NCBI GenBank assembly: GCA_010909165.1
Contig: VJWM01000044.1
Span: forward strand, 2,344,776-2,408,775
DNA: 64,000 nt
Source: Anthoceros angustus
Taxonomy: Eukaryota > Plantae > Anthocerotophyta
Reading direction: 5' to 3'
In this document: one piece after another, positions 46,248-56,774 of the stretch
How positions within the stretch are numbered: the first letter of the stretch is position 1
Layout: the number at the start of each line of letters is the position of its first letter
Notes under the pieces: generated by a model
Told to the model about the DNA's origin: nothing
Databases searched by the model: none
What the model saw: only the letters and a program-made list of their open reading frames with translations
Program-made: the position numbers and the translations under genes

Positions 46248-47439
46248 GTCATGTGAGTATCACATTAGCAGATCACAAGTTTCAGGATGGATTTATGTGT
46301 TGCTGTCATCCACCTAGATAACAGTGCAGAATATTGTTGTGTCTGACTAAGGAAGCAGATGTGGTGGTTTCCTTCACAACTTGGACTCCATGAATTTCAA
46401 AGGTCACATTTTCAAGTCGGAAAAATAGAGAACCTTGCCGGATAGAATACAAGGAAGTGTTGACAAGACATCGATTGGCTGCATACAATGAATGATGTCA
46501 AGCGCCCCCCCCGCCCTCCCCCCCACTGAATCTGGCATGTACCTTCTCCAGTGTCTCAAACTGTTTTTTTTTTTCAAGTATCCAGCGGATGGGCTGTCCG
46601 ATGGATTGGTGATTTTCTGTTTGTTGGCTCCTGGAGCAGTGAAGTTTTGCTTGTCTGGGTCTGGAAACATTGAACTGACACGCACAGCCAACGGCGGCAG
46701 CGGTGCCGGCCAAACGCTGGCTTTTCCTTGATACTCGGATGAATAGCTAGCTGTTTGACTGCGACCATCCCGGGAGCATGGATGTGGATGCACTACTGTA
46801 GGTCGACATTCATCAGGCGACACGGACTGCAGTAAGGAGTCACTTTTCCACCTCAATCCGATGTCACAGGATGTCCTGAGTTCGCTGATACGTTGGGCTC
46901 GCAAACATGTAAGCTGGCGGGCACCAATAGGAGGGACCGGCAGCCCGGTATCTCGACCTCCCTGTCAAGCTACCAGCTTTACCTGAACGTGGCTCCATCT
47001 CCTATGTCCCTGACATCGGGTCAGAAACTTGCCCTCATCATCCAATCAAGAAGGCACAGCAGGCCTCCTATTATCTCACGCCGCACCAAGATTACATCAC
47101 ATCAAGCAGAGTTGGTCCAGTCAGATCGGATTACCCTGGTTGTGAAAAGAGGAGCGGAAAATGGACAGAAAAGCGTCATCCTCCTGCTGTTGCTTGTCTG
47201 TTACGCTGCAGCCCGTGCATTGCGCGCAATTTGAATACTGATTACAATGTGTTTGGTATCTTACTGCCAGATTCCTCGGATTGGCGTTCAATTGGCCGTG
47301 AAATGCTGCGGGCAGATGGTGTTGTGTGTGATTTCCTAGCTGATATCACTGTGTCACCAGGAACTAGGTCCAAATTGTTGGTGGCAAGGTCCTGCAAGCA
47401 TCAATGGCTTACTGTACAGGCCAGGTCAGGCAGCTGGCC

Positions 47440-49476
47440 ATGGCGTCAACCAGCTTGGTGGAATCCTCCCCTTCCCCTTTCGCTTCCACCTCTGGTCGCC
47501 CTTGTATCATTGTCAGTCCCTTTTCCTCCTGGCTGGTATGTTCTGACAGTCTGGCTTTCCGGAGAAGCTCCGCAGCCGGGTCCGGCTTCCCTCAATTGCA
47601 ATACTGGGTCGGGAGCCATGGAGTTTCGAGATCGTGGGAGAAGGATTTCCGCACAGGCAGGGCGGATTGGAAGGTCGAGGCTGTTGTGAAGCGCAGCCCG
47701 AAGAGACTGAAGTATGCAGGCGTTGGACGCAAGGTATTTTCCCGCAGCACTGGGTCTGCGTTCCTAGCATTATGAAAATTTCAACGTGTTCTTTGTAGCT
47801 TGAGCGAAGATTTTGTGATCTGCTAGAGTTGCGACAGTTCTGAAGATTTTGCCCTATGTTTGGCTGGCTGTTGACGAAGCTCACACCTGAAAACAGTGGT
47901 TGTCTGGCTATTTTCATGCCGCAAGCTAAATTGATGTATCCGTGTGATTTTCTAGGTTTCACAGCTCCTATATGTAACAGTCGATCCATTCGGATCTGAT
48001 GCTTGGAAGCTGGATCCTGTGATAGAGCTCATCAAAGGTGGGGGCGTTGGAGTGATACCAACAGATACAGTGTATGTATTCCCACCACTTGAGGTTCTGT
48101 TTCCTCACACCTAATGGTTGCTAACTTCAGATATGAATTTCCTTTTTTCGCAGATATGCTATAGTATGTGATGTTCAAAGCAGGGAATCAATAGATCGGC
48201 TGTACAGGTAGGATCTGTTTATGTGTTTCCTGAACATCGAATGAATATGAAAATGAGGTGGCGCGGATGTCTTTGTGTAAGCAAGCAAGCCTTTCTTCTT
48301 TCTGACACTTGTGGTCGGATTTTTTGCAGAGTAAAGAACATGGATCCCAAGAAGGTATGGTATAAGAGGGATAGGTACTGAGTTTTCTCCAGCATAAGTT
48401 TTCATGTGAAGATGTTTTGAGGTGGAGCACGGTGGTTTGGGTACAGATTTTCACGACAGTGTCGGGTTGGTTGATTGTGCAGCCCTTGAGCATCCTGTGC
48501 CGGTCATTTCAAGACATCGATACTTATACACTTGGGTTTCCCCGTGGGAACAGTCAGGGGCAGACGAATGTGTTTCGTGCTGCTAAGCAATGCCTTCCTG
48601 GACCGGTTAGCTCCAGAGCTGCTCATCTATGGTGAAGCGATGAAAATGCCTGCTCCTGGTGCTCTCCATATGGTAGACTCGCTAATCTGAAGAATTACTG
48701 TGCACAGTACACCATCATTCTTCCAGCCAGCAAGGAGATGCCCAAGCAATGCACGACCTTCGGTGGAAGTGCAGCTATCAGCTGTGCGCCCAGGAAGAGC
48801 GTCGGGGTGCGGATGCCCGCAGATGTCATCTGTCAAGCTCTCCTCGACAAGCTGGACGCGCCACTCCTGTGCACCAGGTAGCCGACTCGTCTGGAAATTT
48901 GCTGCTATGCTTGTCACGAACAACCTGGTTGTTGCTCATAGCATGTGCTATCATGTGCAGTGTAAGGCGGCCTTCTGATGATGTGTGGATGCTAGATCCA
49001 GTGATCATTGCTGACACCTATGGACCTTCAAATGGGAGGGAGGTAGGACCATCGCTCCGCTTCTGCGTCATGATGTTTGTCGTTCACCTTGCCCGAAAGG
49101 AGGAAAGCAGGTATGTTCTTTAACTACAGTATTGCATCTTTGTCCAGGGTTTGGACTTCGTGGTGGATGGAGGTGTCCGCATGGATGACCCATCGACAGT
49201 AATCGACATGACTGGAGCTAAGCCAATTCTCTTGAGGAGAGGCAAGGTAATGGAATGCAAATGCAAGCACGGAAGACCTTTTAAAGCAAAAGGAAATGAA
49301 GACAATGAAAGCAGACTAGGCTGACGCTGATTTGGGTTACGCTTGTGACGGTGGGGTTTCAGGGCATTGTGGAAGACTGGATGCTGATGGAGACATCTGA
49401 TTCCACTGACGCCATTCGTGTGGGAGAGTTGCTGAACCCGTATGCCAAGAGCAGTAGCAGTGAGCCAGAGTCGTGA
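47440..49476 (+). CDS. YrdC/Sua5-domain (YciO-like) protein, probably plastid-targeted, multi-exon
   Basis: GGVGVIPTDTV-YAIVCD, KPLSILC, CLPGP-YTIILPAS, RKSVGVRMP, PLLCTS, LDFVVDGG...PSTVIDMT; Ser-rich N-terminus. Confidence 0.88.
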
Positions 49477-51599
49477 ACTGTACAGAGGCCTAGCTGTATC
49501 ACAGAGAGTGAGGGAATGAATGGGCATAACAACAAGCGTCCTGGACTGGGCTGGCCTGGCCTTGCCTGTGTGAGAGTGTCGGAATCTGTCCAAAGCAACA
49601 GCCACCCGGTGCATGTGACAGCAACCTTTGGATCGGGAAGGGCTTTGGAATGCGCAGCCCATAATGGACAAATGATTTGCGACTGATGGCTGTGCGTCCC
49701 TCGCATGTGCCTGGATGTTGGTGGGAAAGCAGGAATAGAACTCTACACCTAAAGCGGGAAAGGAAAGGTTGCAATCACAAGCGTGGACGAGCGTACCCGT
49801 CCGGTACCCCGGCCCCTACGGCCTTGTGACCACGAGCTGCTGGTTGGTGCCCAGTCTGGCCCCGTCTGCGCTGTGCGCCTGCGGCCCTTGCGCCTGCGCC
49901 TCATCATAAAAGTCGAGACGAGACGAGACTAGACGAATGGAGTCGTTCCGTCGTCTCGACTCGAGTCGAGTCGACTCTCTCATCGAACATCGCGCTGGGC
50001 AAACCCTAGCGAGAGCGAGCCAAGGTGTCAAGGCTCTCTCATCACAAACGGCCAAAGCGAAGCACGGCTCGCAGGATTGATTGCCTCGTCCCCGTCCCTG
50101 CTCCTCCTTGAGGGAAGATACTCGCGGCTAGCTATCTTTGCTGGCCCCGGTTGCTGGCTAGGTATTGTAGGTTGCTAGGCAGGCATATAGGTGCTTCTAG
50201 CCAGCTGCGAGCCAGCGAGCCCGCCATAAATCGGATGCAGGAGCGGTGATGATGGAAGGCACGGAGGGCATTGAATGCGTCTCCAGCTGACTCTCTTGAG
50301 CCTCACCTACCAATGAAATGCAACAAGAGATTTCCGACAAGACGCACTGAATGATACCTTTCATCACCACGCGGAACTCGGCTGTGGAGCAAGGATTTGA
50401 TGTGTCGCCTGTTTGGCGGCCCCGCCATTCCGCCATTTTCAAGACCCCGCCACCCGACCTGCCGCATTTAGTCAACCTTGTCGTGAGCCTTGTGCTTGTG
50501 CTTGTTGTGCTTGTGCTTTACCTTACCTCCCTTTTGTCTTCTCCTTTATCATTCTTATGCACGCCTGGTACGCTACACACATTACTTTCCCCGAGCAACA
50601 ACAGCATTCTGTACGTAACCACAAAACGCCTCCGAGCTTTTGCTAAAATTATGCTCCCCACATGCCGCTTTCTCCTTTTGTCTCTTTAAAGCAGCGTATA
50701 AAAAAATAAAGTTGCATATGGTTGTGAGATATTAAGATCCAGTAGTGAGTGAGTGAGTGATGAGTGAGTGGTGGAGAGCATTGTCAGACGTAATTCTCTC
50801 TCTCATGTAAATCCCCTCACACACTTATCCCGCACTGCTCATTCCTCAAGTACAGTAAAATCCTAAAAGCAGCACTATTTCATATTATTTTGTCTTCTAG
50901 TGTGACTAATATCCACTGGCCATATGTATCTCTCCAAATTGGGCAAATGCATAACATGAGGAAAACAACAAATGCACACAAATATGCATGTGCATAGGAT
51001 GAGGAATATTGTGGCTCTACGATGTAGATATGCAAAGCACATTTCATGTTTTTTCCCATTTTATGTTTTGTACTTGCCAAGGAAATCCTTGCAAGAGAAA
51101 AATTGAATAATTTTTTTCCCAAATTTTCATGAGCCAGTATTGGTTGACTTTGACTCACTCCTTTTTTTATAGCTCCATGTGAAGCACACAAAACACATGA
51201 CTCCTTTTATAAATTTCTCGCTGTCCAATTCATTTTTACCATAATTAATAAAAAATTATTTGTTAAAAAATGCTCATAAGAAGTCACTTGTTATATCTCC
51301 GCGGCTGTTTATACATGACATTTGAAAAACAAGTGAATCGGATGAAGTTTATTTTGAAATGGAAGAGGTCTTAACTAGATATTACATACGATGGTACAGC
51401 AATAAATATAAGTTGATACATAATATGCCATGATTGTACATTACTTCGTGTGTATGTACTACGTAGACATAAAGAAAAATGAAGATAGGTCATCATCAAG
51501 GATGGATGACGTGAGTCACTTGATTTCATCTTTGGTTGGTTGGTTGGGTGGATTGTACGATAGTGACGGATATTTATTACTCGATCGGACTTACGACAT

Positions 51600-51940
51600 G
51601 AAGTTAAGATTTGGTTACTTGATATATGATCTCGCTTGGGTGATGGGTGGATCGTGTGCAAAGTGACGGACGAGTTTATTTGAATTTCTCCACTGGCAAT
51701 TACTACTGTTAGGAGCTAAGATTTGCAGTGGAGTTACGGTTATGAGCTAAGATTTGGCTACTTAATATTTAATCCGGTTCGATTGATGAGTGGATTGTGT
51801 CTAATAGTGATTGATGGATGCCTATCTTTACGTTGCTGGATCTAAGATTTGGCTACTTGATATATAATCCTATTCGATTGATGAGAGGATTGTGTCTAAC
51901 AGTGATAGATGATTGCGGATCTTTATGTTGCCACATTGCG
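51600..51940. repeat. Degenerate tandem repeat with about 95-bp unit (CTAAGATTTGGCTACTT...)
   Basis: Two good copies at 51747 and 51842 and a weaker copy at about 51602. Confidence 0.7.
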
Positions 51941-52439
51941 GATGGGACGTTGAGATCCGATTACAAAGAAAATATTTGGTGGCGGTTAGGAAAGTGGAAA
52001 GCATGCGAGCATATGGAAGGTTTCATATCTTACCTTGACAAGGTGGAGAAGGAAGACGAAGAGCTAGCATATGACGATGCCAAGGCTGCGGGGACGTGCA
52101 AGATTTCACATCTTTGCCTCACATGGGAGGGAGACAAAGAGGGAGCCTGAAGATGTGGGAAGATAGAGTATATTTTTGCGTGGGTAAGAAGAGGAGCATC
52201 TCAATCCCATGGCAAGAGGGAGCATCTTGAAAGAAGTGATTAACGGATACAGAGATATATGTAACCTATTCATGCCATGGGAGATGCGTGAGATGATGAG
52301 CACGTAGCAGAGAATACGAGGAGAGGGAGAGAGCGGGGGTTTGGAATCCATCCACGAAGGCGAGCTCCTGGATCCAAGTTGATCTCGGGGCACGCTTGTT
52401 GATACATTTCCAAAGACGCAATGACTAATAACAAAAGAT

Positions 52440-55400
52440 TCGTTAAACAAAGCGGAGGTGGGGCTGGGGGGCTGGGTGGCTGGGTGGCTGGGTCCCGACG
52501 TCCCGACGGAGCCGAGGCGGGCCGACTCGCCGAGGGCCGAGGAAGGAAACGGACGGTGAAGAATTATTTAGAGCGGCGCGCAAAGCTGGCATCATAAGTC
52601 AAGTCTCGGGGGGAGGCAAGTACGAATGGGGGTCGCACTGGCTTTTGGGAGGCTTTTACGCAACCCTAAGCAAAGCGGAGCGGAGAGCAGAGAGCAGAGG
52701 TGAGGCAGCGCAGTGAAGTGCATTGATGCGTGCAGTAAAAAGTGGGGGTGCGGGGTCACGGATGCGGGTAACTGCGCGAGCGCGGTTTGTTAAGTGTCGG
52801 CCGTGGGGCGCAGCAGCCTTTTAAAAGCAAAGCACCGTGCTCTGAGCAGCCCAGGCTGGAGGATTGCTGGGCTGGCGGGTCGGACAAGCAACACAGGGCT
52901 GCAGCAGCGCAGCAGCGCAACGGGCAAAAGTGCAGCAGCCAGCAGCAGCCAGCAGCAGCAGTCACACACACACAGTCAGTGCCCATTGCCAATTGCAGGC
53001 TGCAGCCCCCGCAGTGCGGTAACACAGCAAAACCCGAGCCCAGCGCAAGCACCGCTCCGACATGCAAGGCGAATCACAGCAGACGACGGAATAATGGAGA
53101 GGGTAGAAAGGAAGGGAAGGGAAGGGAAGGGAAGAGGAGAAGGGAAACTGGGCAGCACAGCACAGCACAGCTTACCACTTCCCGCTTGCCGCTTGCAGCT
53201 TGCCCCACGCAAATCCACTGGGTACGTTTATGCAAACGTTACAGCAGTTAAAAGGGGAGTGTGTTGTGGCCCACGCACTGTGAACTGGGCCCGGCCCGGC
53301 CCGGCCGGGCTCCGGCTGGGCCTCTCTGGCGTCGGCCCGTGATTTTTCTCGCTCTAAAATATCCCTTTCCACCCGCGACACTGACGGACACGAAATGAAT
53401 GAAATGCAAGTGTGAAGAGGAAGAGAGATGGCGGACTGGAATGATCGGATGCCATCGGATGCCATCGGATGGATGATATCCACTCTCTTTCTCTCTCCCG
53501 TCCCGTCCCACTTTTTTTCTCTCTCCATCGCGCGCATTGCAATTTTGCAGTGCAGAGAGGAGAGAGGCGGCGTCTCCCGACCCCGAGTCGACTCCTGCCC
53601 TCATGTGTGAATGAGAGTACTCGTTCGTCTCGTCTCGTCTCGTCTCGTCCCGCTCCTGCTGCTCCCGCTCCTGCTCCTCAGTCCTGACCCGACCCGACCC
53701 GACCCGGCCCGGCCCGGCCCGACGCGCGGATGTATCAGCTTTATTAACCCAACCCACCCGCCTCGGACGCCACACAGTGGGCGGGATCGGGATCGGGATC
53801 AGGCCAGCTTCTCTCTCACTCAGACACTGGCTTTGTTGTGTGTGCGTGTGTGATTGTTGCTGTTGCCGTGTCGCGTGTCGGCCTGAAACGGGCCTCTCTC
53901 TCCTCACAGCCTCGCAGGCAGGCAGGCAGGCAGGCAGGCAGGCGGGCAGGCTGCAGGGAGCTAGCTGGAGCCCGGAGCCCAGAGACGAGCGACACAGGAC
54001 GAGACGAGACGAGACGAGTCTCGAGTCGAGTCGAGTCGCGGGTGGAGTCCAGACCGTCTCCCGACTCGAGTCGCAGGCAGAAGCGTCCGCAATCTTATTC
54101 GGCATTCGGCCCGGACCGGGCGGGCGTGGGAGAGGAATCCATCCAGACAAGGTGAGGGGGGAAGGGGGCGAGGGGGGGACGGAGGGATCGGTCCGGTCCG
54201 GTCCGGACTCCAGGGCCGGGGCACACAGCAGCTGCATTTCATCGCCCCGCTTCCTCTCTGCTCTTTGTGCCCGCGCCAGCCCAGCTTCTCCTCTCTCTCA
54301 TCTCATCTCATCTCTTTCTCCCGCCCCGCTCGCCTTTCGCTCCTTTCCTCGCTCCTGCTGCGCCTGCCCTTCGCTTTGCTCTGCTCCAGCCGCTGCCCAG
54401 TGCCCAGCTCCTGCTCCTGCTCCGCCTCCTGCTGCTGCTCCTCGGACCTCCTGCTGCGCTGCGGCCTGCTGCTGGCCGCGGCTGCTCTCATCAACTCTCT
54501 GTCTGCTGTCCCGTAGCGCCCACTCCCATTCCACCCCCCGCCCGCTCTGCACCTGCCTCTGCCTCTGCCTCTGCCTGCCTCTGCCTGCCTCTGCCTTGAC
54601 TCTGGCCTTCAGCGCCGGGCTTTGGGCCCAGCTTAGCTCCCGACGCGGGTTTGGCTTTGCCTTTGCCTCCCGCCTTTCTTTGCCTCATCCTCTGTTTTGC
54701 CTTCCACTCAGCCGTCTGCTTTGCTTACGCTTACCCGCGCCCCGCTGCCCGCCGCTAATACTCTCTACTCCTCCAGGCTCTCCGTTGGGTGTCATCCGTC
54801 TCGACTCTCTTCTTCTAAGTAAACCCCGCGCGCTCTGCTCTGCCTTTGCTCTGCTCGGGATTTCCCTTTCGCTTTGTGCTGCTCCTCCTCGTCATTACTG
54901 CTGGCTTGCTTGCTTCCAAATCCGCCTTGCCTGCCTGCTTTCCTTTCTGCTGCCTGTCTGCTCCTTGCTCCTCCTCCTCCTCCTCCTCCTCCTCCTCCGC
55001 ATTGCCTGCCTTGCCTCGCACTTTGCATTTCGCATTTTGTGTCCGTGTCTGTGCTTCCATTTTGTGTTTGTGTGTGGCTGCTGCTGCCTGTATGCGTGGG
55101 TACGTGTGACAACTAGGCAACGTGATTCCAAAAATCTGGATAGGGACCGGGGACTGGGATTTCAATTTCAGCGTCGCTCTCATGCTGCTTCTGCGCCATT
55201 TTTGGTATTGCTTGGCAGGCGGTTGGTGCGGGAAGGAGGCGGGGAATTTTTGGAGGCTGCCCGGCCCTGCCTGCATTGGAGCCATGAAGGCGTGGTGGGC
55301 GCTGGGCCGCCTCCTGGGTGGTGGCATGGCTCTCAGGATCCGGGGGCTGCAGCTCACTCTGTGAGTGCGAGTGCGAGTGCGAGGGTGAGCCAGTGAAGGA

Positions 55401-55600
55401 CACAGCGGGAGGGAAGCGGAGTTGACAGGAGAGGAGAGGAGTGGAGTGGAGTGGAGATATGTGGTGGGAGCAGGGGAGGCGACGGAGTAGGACAGACTGC
55501 TGCTGCCGCTGCTCGGACTGGTAGAGAGGGGGCCGTGCCGTGCCGTGCCGTGCTCGCCTGCCTGCTCGGCCTGCTCGCTTTTGCCTTTGAGGGAGAGTGT
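52440..55600. repeat. Microsatellite-dense low-complexity region upstream of the ZF-HD gene
   Basis: Runs of (GTCTC)n/(GAGAC)n, (CGAGT)n, (CCGAC)n, (CCGGC)n, (GGCA)n, (CTCTGC)n, (CCT)n, (GGAGT)n, (GGGAA)n. Confidence 0.85.
55578..55598 (+). promoter_or_regulatory. Candidate miR477 target site in the ZF-HD 5' leader
   Basis: GCCTTTGAGGGAGAG (55583-55597) is the exact complement of nt 1-15 of miR477 as I recall it (CUCUCCCUCAAAGGCUUCCA). Confidence 0.5.
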
Positions 55601-55632
55601 CCGAGAGAGGCACCACGGGGACATCCACGACT

Positions 55633-56774
55633 ATGGATTTGGGACACGACGGAGGCGGAGACATGCCAATGCCCATCAGCTCCTCCTACGCCAGCCTGCA
55701 CGAGAGCGCCAAGCTCAAGATGCTCACCAGCGGCAACGGCACGGGCACCGCAGGCGCCGACGACATGAATGCCAACAACGCCGGGGTGGGAGCCGGCGTG
55801 GGCGTGGGCGTGGGAGTGGGAGTGCAGCAGCAGCAGCAGCAGCAGCTGCTGCGCCCGCTGGCTAGCTTGGACAACAGCAGCAGCAACACGCCCAGCAAGG
55901 CCCTGGTTCCTAGCCCCGGCCCCGGGCTCGGGGTGGTCGGGGGCCAGCCTGTGGGCTTGGGGGGAGTTGGAGTGGGAGTGGGAGTGGGAGTCGGAGGAGT
56001 GCAAGTCGTTGGTGTATCTCCTGCGCCGCCTCCTTTGGTGGGAGGAGGAGGAAGCGCTGTTGTTGTTGCTGCTGCTGCTGCTGGTGCAGCAGCAGGTGGG
56101 GCGGGAGGAGGAGGAGGAGGTGGGGGAGGGAAGAAGGCTGTGCGGTACCGGGAATGCCACAAGAACCACGCAGCCAGCATCGGCGGGCACGCCATCGACG
56201 GGTGTGGCGAATTCATGCCCAGCGGAAGAGGGCACGCTGGAGTCTCTGAAGTGCGCCGCCTGCGACTGCCACCGCAACTTCCACAGGCGGGAGGTGGAAG
56301 GGAGCAGCCGGCGGTGACTGCCACCTGCCGCCGGGTCTACGGGCCAAGGACCGCAAGCGGAGCAGCAGCGTGGGGCCGGTGGGCGTGGGGGAGGAGGAGG
56401 AGGAGGGGTCCGGTAGGAGGCGTGGGCGGGCTCAGCACGCCCTCCCGCTCCCGCTGCCCAGCACCCTGGGCATCATGCCGTCCTGACCACCGGCGCCCAT
56501 CCTCATGGCGCTCAGCACTGGGCCTGCCGACTCCGACGACCAGGAGGGCGGGCTCGGCTCCGCCTCCCCCGCCGCCATGAAGAAGCGCTTCCGCACCAAG
56601 TTTTCCACCGAGCAGAAGGAGAAGATGTGCACCTTCGCCGACAAGCTGGGCTGGAAGATTCAGAAGCACGACGAGGCGGCGGTGCAGCAATTCTGCGCCG
56701 ATGTCGGCGTCAAGCGCCATGTACTCAAGGTCTGGATGCACAACAACAAGCACACACTGGGCAAGAAGCTGTAA
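55633..56774 (+). CDS. ZHD: ZF-HD (zinc-finger homeodomain) transcription factor, intronless, with apparent frameshifts
   Basis: MDL...MPI start; [27 protein letters not shown] then, in a shifted frame, [26 protein letters not shown]; homeodomain [16 protein letters not shown]...[10 protein letters not shown] in a third frame. Confidence 0.88.

Noticed and set aside
50247-50350. Box C/D snoRNA-like motifs (TGATGA...CTGA)
   Set aside because: No terminal stem and no recognisable rRNA-complementary guide; the motifs are short enough to occur by chance.
53248-55396. 329-aa and 539-aa ORFs upstream of ZF-HD
   Set aside because: Translations are microsatellite runs (RLVSS, CLCL, LLLL); no domain, non-ATG or weak starts.
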